The position numbers and the translations under genes were made by a program. Of a DNA stretch of 64,000 bases, positions 24,401 through 37,759 are shown in pieces (the stretch's first letter is position 1; each line of letters starts with the position of its first letter). The DNA is from Utricularia gibba (taxonomy: Eukaryota; Plantae; Magnoliophyta). The notes below the pieces were generated by a model. The model was not told the DNA's origin. It saw only the letters and a program-made list of their open reading frames with translations, and did not search any database. The DNA lies in NCBI GenBank assembly GCA_002189035.1, contig NEEC01000002.1, positions 3,348,001 to 3,412,000 on the forward strand. The letters are read 5' to 3'.

Positions 24401-26825
24401 CCATTGTGGATGGAAGCCATTCAGAGTGAGATGGATTCGCTCCATCATAACAAGGTATGGGAAGTAGTGGACCAACCCCCTGGGGCAAAGCCAATTGGGA
24501 GCAAGTGGATCTTTAAGAAAAAGCTCCTTGCAAATGGTAAAGTAGACAAATACAAGGCTCGCCTTGTAGCTAATGGTTTCACTCAGAAACCAGGTGTTGA
24601 CTACTTTGAGACATTTGCCCCAATGGTTCACTTCTTTGCCATACGAGTACTCTTTGCAATGGCATCTACACACAATTGGATAGTTCACCAAATGGATGTC
24701 AAAACAGCATTCTTGAATGGTGAATTGGAGGAAGAAATATACATGTTTCAGCTTGAGGGTTGCATAAAAGCTGGAGATGAATACAAAGTGTGTCGACTGA
24801 AGAAGTCATTGTATGGCTTGAAGCAAGCACCTAAACAGTGGCATGAGAAATTTGATGAAGTCATAACCTCATCAGGCTTCATATCAAATCCAGTTGAAAG
24901 ATGTGTTTAGTCTAAGACTTTTAATGATCAATGTGTGATCATAACCCTCTATGTGGATGACATGCTGATTTTTGGACCAAACCTTGACACTGTGATAGAG
25001 GCCAAGAAATTCCTAGCTTCTAAATTTGAGATGAAGGACATGGGTGAAGCCAGCTACATATTGGGAATCAAAATTGTGAGAAATGAAGAAGGGTTTCTAT
25101 TGACTCAAAGTCATTACACAGAGAAACTCTTAGAGAAGCTTGGTTTCCATGAGGTGAAACCAACTCGGACTCCATATGATCCCAGTATTAGCTTGAAGAA
25201 AAACAGAGAGGACCTGTGTCCCAGAGTGAATATGCTCAAATAATGGGCAGTGTGATGTATCTAATGAACCATACCAGACTTGACATAGCGTATGCAGTGG
25301 GTAGACTGAGTAGATACACACACAACCCAAATGAGAGTCATTGGGCAGCTGTGAGATGGTTATTGAGATACCTCAAAGGGACAGCTGACCATGACATTCA
25401 GTATCAGAGAGAACCCACTGTACTGGAAGGATACAATGATGCTAGCTGGGTATCTTGGACAGAAGAGTCAAAGGCCACAAGTGGAATGATTTTCACATTA
25501 GGCAAAGGGGTTGTGTCCTCGAAATCCACCAAACAAACCTTGATAGCTAGATCAACAATGGAAGCTGAGTTCATTGCATTAGATCTGGCAGGAATTGAGG
25601 CTGAGTGTTTGAGAAACTATGTGATGGGAATACCACTCAAGCAACATGGATCCTTCTCAGTGGTGCTGCATTGTGACTGTCAAGCAGCAATTGCCACTGC
25701 CAAGAATCGATCCTATAATGGAAGAAATATCCACATGCGGTTGAGGCATGGAACATTGAGACAGCTATTGAAAACCGGTGTGATCTCCGTTGAATACGTG
25801 AGAACGTCAGTGAATTTGGCCGATCCACTGACCAAGCCTCTCAATAGAGAGAAGATCTGTGAGCTTTCGAGGGGAATGGGACTAATGCCGTTAAGCAAAC
25901 GGCTGTGATGGTAACCCAACCTGTGAGAGGAGAAACACCTTGATCAGGTTCATATGGGTAATAACAAGTCACTGCTAGTTCTGAGAACACAACTCTTGGC
26001 AAGTGGTCGTTCCTATGGAATATGTGTTCTACCTGCAAAGGGAAGGATGAGTACTTACTCTTAATGTCTCTGTAGCTGATGAAATTCAGTAACACATAGA
26101 AGCAGGGTGTGTTAGGCAGAGACACCTATATAAGTGTGGAGGATAGTCGCTCCTATGAGATATATGTGATCTTTAGAGCACTTATGAATCAACAGGAGCT
26201 GCACCGGGCTTATGGGTACGCTTGAGCGTTAAACAGTCGACAAATGTGAGGGTAGGCTTGATGTGATTGACTATGCCTCTATATCACATAATAGTATTCG
26301 GTTCATAGAAATGCAATTTCACCGACTACTTAGTGATACATGTGTAGGGCAATCAAGAGATTGGTTCATAATCGAAAGATACTATTCTCCAGACATTAGA
26401 GCCTGCAAGACTAGGGCCTTCTCCAATATGTGGGGGATTGTTGGAATAAGGTGTATTGGAGAAGGGATGCTCTATCCACATTGCTAGTTGAACACATGTT
26501 CAACTAGTTTATAAGGGAAAGCAACCCAATACCTTTGATGAACTTGAGAGTAAGCTGGGCCTCGTGCGCACGTAGGGTCTTAATTTGTTAGATCGGGTTG
26601 GGCTCCTGGAGGGCCCCGAAACCTAGAATGGCTACGCGCAAGGGGGTGCAAATCCACCCCAAAAGCCTCTCTGTGTGCGGCCCGAGCCCACATTTTGCTC
26701 TGTTTTTTGTCTCGAGCCCATTAGGGTTAACGTATATTTCTGAGACCGAGGGGGATCGTGAAATCCTTTAGGACAGTGATTACGTGCCTGAGGTTTTCTA
26801 CTTGTTTTGTGTTCGATTTACAACA
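21498..26825 (+). mobile_element. Complete Ty1/copia retrotransposon, Bianca-like lineage, ORF disabled
   Basis: LTRs 21498-21825 and 26439-26825 (TG..CA), perfect TSD GTATC, PPT TGTGGGGGAT. gag-pol ~21844-25908 contains PFDGKNFLRW, DSGANRHVC, FIDDCSRY, WGCLAKV, YVDDML and NLADPLTK, with several stops and frameshifts. The lineage call rests on recalled motifs. Confidence 0.95.
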
Positions 26826-27750
26826 GTATCAGTGACACTTTGAAGGTGCCTATAAGAACGATCAGTATCAGTGACACTACAGTCCCCCGACTTGTAGGCA
26901 CCTCAGAGCTGATCTTACTGCTTCTACAAACCCATCTGTACCCCCTCCGAACTGCAATCTTAATACCAATGTTTCGAACTGGTACGTGAAAGCGAACTGA
27001 AGGATCGACATCTTTGAGATGTCTCAATGCCCATGCCATGTGTGCCACCAATAATGCATCTTTCTCATGATTCCTCATTCATTCACATGTCAGTGGAGGA
27101 TGGATGACGACTGTTCCTTGTTTGAGTTGAATAAAGACACATGGTCCCCAAACATTTCCCACATCTAAAATAGATAAACCAAAGTAGAATCCCCACCAGA
27201 ACACAAGCACATCTCCAAGACCGCACGTAACGCTTCCATCGCTGAATGTCGCATACCATTCAGCGCCACCGTCAGTTGTTTACTCTTCTCTGCCATCCTC
27301 ATAAGTCTTCCTCGCGGGGATTATTGATTGAATCGGTGATTACCTCTTGACCATACCCAAGCACTACTAATTCCCATACCATTATTTATTATACAATAAT
27401 AATTGACTTGCAAATTATCACCTTTTTTAAAATCTATAATAATTTCTGTTTGACTCATTTCTTCCGAGGCTCTGGAAAATTCACAAGCCAAGAAGTAGGT
27501 TGCAACTTCGGGCCTCTCCTGTTTTATTGTTGATCGCCTGTAAAGTCGTTGGTGACGACGATCTTTGAAGAATGATTCCTCATCGTCCGTGTATCCATTA
27601 CCAAGAGAGCAATAAATTGAGCTCAATAAAATGGTTTATGTGTACTTCCGGGGAGATATCATCTCACTCACATTACCAGACAACCACAACTTCAGGCCTT
27701 CAAACTATCCACATCAATCTCGCCAAACCCTACCTTATAGCATGTCTGCA
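26826..27750 (-). mobile_element. Continuation of the host copia sequence with very degenerate protease/integrase traces
   Basis: Repeats are shared with 21440-21497 across the Bianca TSD. Minus-strand traces such as VSEMRYLPE and FG(G)P are only weakly copia-like. Confidence 0.4.
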
Positions 27751-27830
27751 ATGCCAGTTAGTTCTGTAAGGAGCCAAAAGACTATTTAATAATAATAATA
27801 ATAATATTGCGGGCTTGAGGCCCAAACGTT

Positions 27831-28970
27831 GTAGAATTATAAACCATGGGTACATGTGCATCATCAGAATGAATACCTGTACGGAAATACAACCCCTGTA
27901 ATAGGAGGGAGATGGAAGAAATGAATCAAAACCCAGAAAACCCAAAAAGTTCCCAAAAATGATATGAACAAGGACCAAAAACAGATGAATACTTGGAGAA
28001 ATTGTAGTTTAAAGCAAGGCGGTGATAATGACGTCCGATAAGCGCCGAGGATTCCGACCAGCGGTAAAAGCATTAAGGTGAAAATGAAGTGTGAAAGGAG
28101 GTATATATAAGGGATGGCTCAGAAAGCGAAACAGCATGGGAGGTAAACTACCCAATGCACGAGAAAAACGTGGCAGTCTCCATGAACGGCATTTGGTAAA
28201 GAGAGAAGAACTAATAATTGAAAATCACATATATATATAAAACAATTCGGCACGTGGTGAAAGCATAAGCAAGAGAGTCAAGATACGAAACAGTTCGAAA
28301 GGTGTTCGATATGCAGACTTAGCATAAGTGCTTACTTCTGCAAATTGAAAGAGATAAATGATGGTGCCGAAAAATTGACACAGTATAACTAGAAGGGAAA
28401 AAAGATAAAATAGAATTCAAAGACATTAAACCCTGGTGGAGAATCAGAAGAGTGCTGCAAATCAACAATCCCATTGGATTAAAATGAGTATCTAGACAAA
28501 TAGGCCTACAGAGTATAAATCGGTCTACAATAACCGATAAAGTGACTACATACTTGAAGGGGACGGGAAGTAAATTGCATCAGACCCCAACCACTTATAA
28601 ACAGTATGAAAATCGACCAACCTATGGAAATTCAGAGTATATAATGGGTATTTGTCGAGGACAACCAACAAGATTAAACAAATCCTATCAAGCGCAAAAA
28701 GTAGCTGCCCCTCTCGGATTGGATAGGGCTCCTTATACTTGGTGCAAACCATGTATTTCTCTCGATTTCTCTTAATGAAACCATTTTTTTCCAATGAGCT
28801 CCCCAATTCCATGTTTTTTTGTCACGGAGTTTCCATGTAAAATATCTTCGTCCCCTTTACCACATTCACGCTAATCTGAAAACAAAACCCAAGTCAAATA
28901 AATCAGTCAAACACCGATTTACCCATTTGAAATCAGCCACTCATGGCACAACCAATTTCTACCCACAACA
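27831..28970 (+). mobile_element. 3' non-coding region and LTR (28359-28970) of a Tat-type element related to 12626-17560
   Basis: The LTR is clearly homologous to 12626-13140 at both ends (TGATGGTGCCGAAAA...CTACCC..AACA) but differs in the middle. 27831-27895 resembles 17497-17560. Confidence 0.75.
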
Positions 28971-29275
28971 ATAATCGAGTTGTAAACAATTTTTGATTAT
29001 TTTCATCTATTGAAATATGTGAAATAGTAATTTGAATTGAAAATATTATGTTTATGTTGAATTATATCAAATTTTAACTATAAAAAAGAATTATAATAAT
29101 AAAACAATAATGATTGGAACAATTCATATATTTTAATTTCTGAAATTAATATTCAATTTTCTTATTTGTTATACATGTTATTACAAAATGATTAACATAA
29201 AATTTTTGTATTTAAATTTGAATTATATAAATTTATTACATTTTTATCAACTAATTTCAAGTGCAAATAAATATA

Positions 29276-29282
<7 letters not shown>

Positions 29283-29336
<54 letters not shown>
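29283..29336. repeat. (TA)n microsatellite
   Basis: Directly visible TA run. Confidence 0.97.
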
Positions 29337-29941
29337 TCATGAATGATGATACAATAAATAAATTTAAATCCAAATTATTCGTTTGATAAAAATAAATAAA
29401 TAAATATAAACATAGGTGTTCATGTTTCATTCAATATAACAACCCTAACAGATGTTAAAAAAAAAGTAAAATTGTTGTTAGTACCATAATTGAATCGTTT
29501 CCTTGTTCTTCATTGATTGAAACTTTACAAGAACTTTCAAGAGATATAAATTTTGATGTATGATCACTCTATCAACTGTTTCCCATACCAAGTAATGTTG
29601 AATTCATACTCATAACCTTAAGTTTCAGCAGTTGGTTACTTAGAAGAGGCCAATATGACTTTTGGCCAAACACATCTGCCACCCGTTTGTAACCTCTACC
29701 CAATGGCAAGCAACACTCCGGCAAGTCATCGTCCAGAATGTTCAAGAACACATCACTAGTGGATTATGCGTAAGGAGTTTGTCACGAAATGCCTACTAAA
29801 GAAAATGTAAGCTTTGTAAAGAATTAGACCATAAATTTGAAGCTATTAAATTCCATGTCACATAAATAAAGAATTCCCTGAAGTTTATTATCATTATTCC
29901 AACATGAAAGATCTACTAAGGAGGACAAGGGAGCCGATCAG

Positions 29942-32900
29942 TGACAAAATATGAGCTTATAAGATCAAAATGATCATCATACAAATTCAATAAAAATAAT
30001 ATGTACGTCATAATTTTTTTACGATTGAACAAAATATTTTTCGTCAATTTTTTGGGTTCTCTCTCTCTCTCTCAAACATCTTCCCCAAATTTCTTCATGG
30101 TATCAAAGCTTTGACAATCTTCTCTATTGTAATGGCTGATGAATTTGCTTTTTTGAACAAACTTGTTACTTCCCTCCAAGCTGCAGCCTCGACTGCCACA
30201 ATCCCACTTACTCCTCAATCGAGCCTTGATGCTCTCTCTTCCTATTCTATTTTGCCTAGAGACAGTGTGGAAATCTCCCATACACCACAACCTCTTTCTG
30301 GACCCAAATATGTCCACTAGCACCGTAGTGTTCAGCTCTCCTTGTCTATTTAAAACAAACTAAGGTTTATCGATGGGTGCTTACATGCACCCCTATTGAC
30401 TGATTCTAATTATTCGTGGTGGCAACATTGCAGCAACCTAATTGTTCATCGGTTGATACATTGCATGGAATCTCACACTGTTTCTATTGTCTATTTTTGT
30501 GAAACCACACGTGAAATTTGGTTGGTATTGGAGGAACGGTATCCCAAAATCGTTGATCCACAAGTGTATCACCTAAAACACAAATGGGGGTTCTCATGCA
30601 AGGCTCTTTCTTAGTGGATGATTTATTCACCCATTTATTGGCCTTTGACAGAAACTTGAACATCTCCGACCTCTCCCTCAATGTTTGCAGAGAATGCAGG
30701 TCGGCATATTTTGCGAAATTCCAAAAACAAATCGAGAAACACAAAGTCTTCACCTTTGTGGATACTCTTCATCTAGAGTTCCATTCCCCTCCGTACATAG
30801 TTACTGAATATGAAGCCCTTTCTGACTTAGAACGAGGCATATAATTCCATATATCAAGAGGAACAACGTTTACTCAAATTGCTTCTTACTCTATCTATTG
30901 ATGCCTTTGCCCTGATGAGTCACTCAAGTCACCCTACTCCCCCCACTCCTATTGCTAGATACTCTAAGAAATATAAAAAGAAATACACTCACTGTGGCTT
31001 GCAAAATCACACTGTCAAAACTTGTTACAAGTTGATTGGATATCCACCCAAGGATAAAGAGAAAAATAAACAAAAATCTAATAATTCTGGTCACAATGTC
31101 ATTTTGCAAGGAACTGGTGCATCCACCCCTATGATCTCTAATGATGATTTTCAAGGTGTTCATATCACCATGGCTCAATTAAAACAACTACTAGAGCGCC
31201 TTGAAAATTTGAAGCAACAACATTCTGATGTACCTCATCCCATTGCTAATACCCACAATTCTAGTTAGCCAATGCCCACCTAGGGGCCTCCTTCAATTCT
31301 GCTAGTACTCATATTTATTTTTCAAAACTCCTTATTGCACTCATGTCACATACCCTTCCTTGTCGAGATACCACATGGATTATTGATTCAAGAGTTAGCA
31401 AACACATCTGTTATTTATCCATATTTTCTGATGACACACCTACACACACTCACGTATGTTTCCCTGATGGCAACAAAGCACTGGATAGCTACATTGGAAC
31501 AGTCACACTAAGTTCTGATTTAACACTACAGAATGTTCTTCATATTCCCAATTTTAAAGTTAATTTACTTTCTGTTCAGAAACTTACCTCTATTGCGCTA
31601 ACAGTTTTCAATTATAATTCTTGCACAATTTAGGACCTATCTCCAAAATGGTGATTGGAAAGGGTAGAGTATCGAATGACGTTTATTTGCTTCAGCAAAA
31701 CTATCTTTCAAAAACTCTAGTTCCATGTTCTAATGTTTCTTCTCATATATTGCCTATTGGCATGCCCATAAACTCGTCAACACATATTCTGAATGGTCAA
31801 TCCACAACTGATAATTTTTTTTTTATTTATCGCATTTCTGATTAGGTTATCCATCGCATATCTCACTTTTTCATATTATTACATGTCTCTCACTTTTCCA
31901 ATTTTTCAGCTGAAATATTTTTAATGTGCCCCTAAAGCCAAGTAAAAGCAACTGAAGTTCCCTATGTCTCACATAACTTTTGATCATATTTTTTATTTGA
32001 TCCACATAGATACTTGGGGGTCATATCACTAAGGTATCTTCTCTAGACACTGCTATTTTTCGACTATCGCTAATAATATGTCTAGGATAACATGGACTTT
32101 TCTAATGAAGCACACATATGAGGCCGAAGAAATTATTCTCTCATTCCTCAAAATGGCAAAAGCCAGTTCAATGCAAAGGTGAAAATTGTACATGATGACA
32201 GTGCTCATAAATTTAAATCTTTGGATTTCCACCAAGAAGGCATCATCCATGAGACATCATGTGGTGGAACACAAACACCAACACTTTCTTAATGTTGCTA
32301 GGGATCTTTTGTTAGACTTGTTTTTACTCAAAAACTTCTAGGGTTTTGCCTTGCTCATTGCCACACATTTAATCAATTGTACTGCGCTCTCTTTGCTCCA
32401 CAAATTGACACAATTTCAAAAACTCATAAGTACTTTGCCTTCTTATAACCATTTAAGAGTTTTTCGGTGTCTTTGCTTTGCCTCTACTTTGCAACGAGGG
32501 CGCACCAAGTTCGATAGTTGTGCAAAATAGTGTATCTTTATTGGATATCCACTGCACGCCAAAGGATATTTATTATGCGATCTGGAAAAGAAAGAGGCCT
32601 TCGTCACTAGGAATGTAGTATTTCCATGAAAGTGTGTTTCCTTATGTTCCAGATGATAACAATCATCTTAATTGGGTTCCGACACCAACACCTTCTCTTG
32701 AATTGCACTTCCATCAACAAATATTACTTTCTCGACATCATGTACCTGACCATAACAGCCCATTCCTTGATAATCACATAGCCATTCTTGATGCTATATC
32801 AGACATATCTGCAAATGATACGCACATTCATGATCACTTCATCTCTTTGTCCAATTCTCAATCTACTCTTGTTAAATGTCATTTTCTATTTATTTATTAT

Positions 32901-35900
32901 ACAATATTATGTGTTAATTTAGGATTAAATTACCTAAGTTAGGAGTAATATTGATAAGTATTTTATTTTATTAGAAAAATCTTATAGTTGTTATTTTTAT
33001 ATATTTTTATTGTCTTTTTCATGTAATTTCACTCAAAGTGAGGAATTAGTCGTGGAGTATTGTAGAAGATCAAACACTGACATTTCGTGACTTGTATGCA
33101 AAGTAGATCTATTGTGGGCAGAAGATTGACACTAATTAGGGCCCTTGATTTATGATATGTCAGAGTCTGTAATAATGATTGGATGCTTACTTACATGAAT
33201 TGGAAAGCTGGCTACACATGCAAGACACAAAAAATGATGGAAAGGGAGTAAAGGAAGTTAATGTACATAGAGAGTGAATTAAAAGAAACTTGGAATAATT
33301 TGGATCGTAGTTTTGACGCTTTGTTTTTGGTACTTGAACTTGTTTTTTTCCTCTCCACCAAGAGGAGAAAGAACATTTTAACTTTTTGTTTTCGTTCTCT
33401 ATTTTCATGTCATTCGTGGCTAAATCTTTTTAGTTTATGGAAATATATAAAGTTTCCTTCCACATCTAGAGCATCAATCTCGGTTATCAATCTCGGTTCC
33501 TTGCTGAAATTCTTCCAAATTTTTCATATTTTCATGTGTCATGTTACAGTATCTCTGTAAAGTTTTTAGTCACAGTCCATGAATAGAAGGCCACTCCTTG
33601 TGGATTTTGATGAAGAGATGGATGAAGCGCACCATCTCCAACCTTATTGGTTCAAGGGAGATAGTAAATTGTTTATGATCGGGATACCAAGATAATAGAT
33701 GGGTAGTGACCTTGTATCCACCATTGGTCATTGACAGCAGCTGGGCACATGTTTAGAATTTGGTTTTGAGGGCAATCGATTGCAATCCTCTTGACTTCTC
33801 AATCATCTAAGGAGCAATCATATGAGCCTATTCCCAGCAGTCAATTAGAGTGTAAGGGAGAGTAGGTTATTCCTCGCTCCTATAACCAATTATTTGGAAG
33901 GAATCAATGAAAGCTGAGGCAAGGATAGACAAAGGAGGAAATGGAATCTCATTTCTATGAATTGCTTTCCTTAGTCAAAGTGCATTAATTACGTTACATC
34001 TTTTATTTATGTACTTTAAAAACCCCTTTTACAAACCCATGACAATTTGTAAAATTTAGCACAGAACACTTTTTTCAAAAGTCAACTTCCTGATATCGAC
34101 ACTCGTACAACGCTCAATTTGTGTTCTACTTTTTTCTAATTAAAATTTATTGAGAAAATAACATGCAACTCCTGTCATGAATTATCCCCTTATAATTGAC
34201 TCACATAGACCTCACAGGCACTAAAAACTTCCCAAATACTTGGAGGCTTATGATTGCTCCATGATAAGGAATTCTTCTATCCCTTCAACAAAATGTCCCC
34301 TTTAGAATTACCTTGGCTTTGGAAGACTATCAGCCAATTATGCAGATACTATAACCTTGGCAACAATTCATGACCCAGTAACTTATGAAGAAGCTACTAG
34401 CGTTCTTGAGTGAGAAAAGGCCATGGATCAAGAAAGACAAGCTCTCCAGGATAGTCAAACTTGGGAAGTGATAGAGGTGCCAAACGAAACTCATACCATC
34501 AGCTCCAAGTGGATCTATAAAATTAAATTGCTCTCAAATGGACAAATCGATCGACATAAAGTAAGGGTTTCACCTAATTCAATGGATTTGAATATGAAGA
34601 AACCTTCAGTCCAATAGTTAAGCATATCACAATAAGATTATTTTTCAATTTGGCAGCCATAGAAAAATGAAGCTTTCAGCAACTAGACATAAATGATACT
34701 TTCTTGAATGATGACTTGAAGGAAGTGATATATATGGACCTTCCACCTAGCTATTCCACTACTCAAAATATGCTTCAAACTACAAATTGGTGTGTAGGCT
34801 CAAGAAAGTTATATACGAGCTTAAGCAAGCTTTATTGTAGTGGAACTCCAAATTCTCAGAGGAGGTTTTAAAATCTATGGCTTCCTGCAATGCAAGGTGG
34901 ATCATTCCTATACACCAAAAGGCTGAAAAATGGAAAATTGATGGCATTGATAATATATGTTGATAACATACTTATTGATGTAAGAATGAGCAAGCAATCG
35001 CAAACACTATCAAGTTCCTAGAATCTCATTTCAAGTTAAAACATTTAGGACATCTCAAGGATGAGCAGAGATAGGGATTCTACTATGTCAATGCAAATAT
35101 ATCTTGGATCTCTTGGACACTTTTAGTATACTAGGTCCTAATCAATAAATACATCTATTAACGCCGTCTCCAGAATGCATGCCTCGGATGGGACAGCTCA
35201 TGCGAATCCAAATTTCTACTCAAAATTGTTAGGGAAACTCATATATCTCATGTTCACTAGACCGGATATTTTCTACTATGTGCATGCTTTAGCACAGTTA
35301 ATGAGCCAACCAACAACTATACATCTAGAGGCTGTTTTTTGAGTATTGAGGTATCTCAAGGTTTCACAAGGATTTTTTTATTTCAATTCAACAACTTATC
35401 TTCATGAATATAGTGATAGTGATTGAGCTAAATGTCCTGACACTCGACATTCCATTTTTGCCTTTTTTTTATTCTTAGGAAAGAACCTTATCAGTTGAGA
35501 AAGCAAGAAAATGCAACTACTAGCTCGAAGTTCCACCAAAGTTGAATATCGTGCCCTTTCCTAACATCTTGTGAAGTATTGTGGCTACGAAAATTATGTC
35601 ACTTGGGATTATAGTCAATCAATGAGTGCCACTTTATTTAGACAAAATCTTCCATCCAACTTGTTGTGAACCCAATACTGCATGAATGCACGAAGCATTT
35701 TGAGCTAGATTGGTACTTAATATGAGAGCAAGTAGAAGCTTAAAAAATCATTGTTGATTATGTTAACTCCAAAGAACATATAGCAAATATAATGACAAAA
35801 GGACTAACAATTGCAACCCACAACTACTTTCATGACAAGCTACACTTGTTGAACATACAAGATTAGTTTGTGGATAGGTGATAAAATATGAGCTCATAAG

Positions 35901-36027
35901 GTCAAATTGACCATTGTACAAACTCAATATAAATAACATGTACATTATAATTCTTTTACAGTTGAACAAATATTTTTCTTCAATCTCTTGGGTTTTTTTT
36001 CTCGAATATCTTTCCTGAATTTCTTTA
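29942..36027 (+). mobile_element. Old, complete Ty1/copia element (Ale/Retrofit-like), heavily degenerate, interrupted by a solo LTR
   Basis: Short LTRs 29942-30097 and 35879-36027, PBS TGGTATCAAAGC. Motifs: gag NKLRFIDG, knuckle HCGLQNHTVKTCYKLIGYP, WIIDSRVSKH, RT KWIYKIK. The TSD is only partly preserved (ATCAG/GTCAA). Confidence 0.85.
32870..34167 (+). mobile_element. Solo LTR, Athila-like, same family as 2333-3671
   Basis: Starts TGTTAAATGTCATTTTC like 2333 and shares internal and 3' motifs. Probable TSD ACTCT/ACTCC. Right boundary approximate. Confidence 0.8.
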
Positions 36028-36228
36028 GTCAATTATACAACTAGCTGGAAGAAAAACTAAAGGTTGTTCCCTCCTTTACTATCAAAAGAAACAATCAGAA
36101 CATTACACATGACTGAAATATCAGGGGGCTTGAAGGTCTCCTTTGCTCCACTCATCGCCTTGAGTTTGATTCTTCCATTGTAAATGGTGTGGCCTCAGTA
36201 TGAGTGTATTCTATAATGTCTTGCGTAT

Positions 36229-37584
36229 TGTCACGACCCACTTTTAGGGCCGGGAAAGATGAGTCGTGACCACCCAGTCCTAGTTAAAACACTAGAACTC
36301 AAGGTGTCTTTCATTACACGATCTAATAACTAGATATAAGACTTTGTCCAAGTACTTTTATATAACATAGTTCATAAGTTCATAATGAAATAGATTCAAA
36401 ATGAAAAGTATATTATACATACATATATCATACTCATACAAACCTAGTAAACAAGCAACACTACTATATATTCATATTCATAGAACTCTGGAAAGCATGG
36501 TTGATCAGTGGACCTCTACTGGCTCCCTTCATCCCCTAAAATAAATAAAAGAGTGGTCATGCTTTGAGTTTTAAAACAAGTGAAGATCAAGAAAGAATAT
36601 AAAGAATTTATAAAAGAAACTTGAAACATATTGTGAGTCCCCATAACTATCTTTTCTCACTTCTCATGTGCATCTAGCCTTGGCCTTGCTATCATTCCAT
36701 GATTGGTGAGACATAAAGTGCCCTTGTTCATGGTTCCACGCTCAGGAGAGCCACCTCCGACCATAAAACAACAAACTCAAGCCATACATAACATATCATA
36801 TCATATCTTGCATAGCTTTCATATTTTTTGGCCTTCCACTTATACATGGTGCCTCAGACATGCCTGACATATTAGCCATAGTGCCCGTGGTGCAACCACG
36901 TTGCTGAAGATATGTGTCCATATCCCCTCCATTCTTTTCTATCTTGTTTATCACATAGTACATAGAGATACATATTGCAAATATCATCTGAAAGATAAGA
37001 AGGGTGACTATCAGTGAAAAGAATCATACTTTCAGGACTCAAAAATAGCTTTTTCTGAAATAACATGAAATAACCCACTCCCTTGTTAGAACTTTCATGT
37101 AACATAAAAGGGTTCTGAGCATAGACACAATATCACATAGGCACATAAATTTTTATAAATCGATTTCAAAGATAAGTAAAGCTTCAAAAGCAATCATACC
37201 ACTTACCTTAACACCTTAGACCTCAAACCAACTGTTTAGCTTCGCTCACTAAAGGTACTATAACCTTTCCTTCCAACCTCTCCTCCTTGTCTTTGTAAAA
37301 CTCAAAAATAAATAAAAGAACCTTACATTCCATCATGTATATATTCCCGTCTACATCTCATTCTTATTTTGCGTGCAACATGTGGCACACATGCATGACA
37401 TACAAGTGGCGCACATGCAAGAGGACACATGGTGCACCTGCAACAGGACATGTGGCACACATGCAAGATGACACATGTCACGTACAAAATGGTTGTCACT
37501 TGAATACATTTGAATGGCTAGGCTAGTATGAAGTAGAACAAGTTAAAACTAAAGAACAAAGTCCTTAAAGCTTGAATCCGCACA
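36229..37584 (-). mobile_element. Solo LTR, Tekay/Del-like chromovirus
   Basis: The left end TGTCACGACCC is the reverse complement of a Tekay-type LTR 3' end. TG..CA termini with a perfect TSD CGTAT (36224-36228, 37585-37589). No PBS adjacent. Confidence 0.7.
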
Positions 37585-37759
37585 CGTATTCTATAATCTC
37601 TTGAACTTTTTCAGGTTTTGATGGCATTTCCAACCCACTATTTTTTCCCTTCAGGTTTTCCACGTAACCATTGTGTCATTTTCCTTTCTCTGCTATAAAA
37701 CACAATGCATAGCCCACATATAAGCTATGATAGTAATTTGGTATGATAGTAAGGTATGA

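Noticed and set aside
12626-28970. One intact 16-kb Tat element bounded by the two similar LTRs
   Set aside because: The flanking 5-mers differ (TAGAA vs ATAAT) and the LTR middles differ in length and sequence. It is kept only as a low-ranked hypothesis.
29520-29900. Short open frame in a non-TE-looking stretch
   Set aside because: I recognise no motif or splice structure, so a call cannot be supported.
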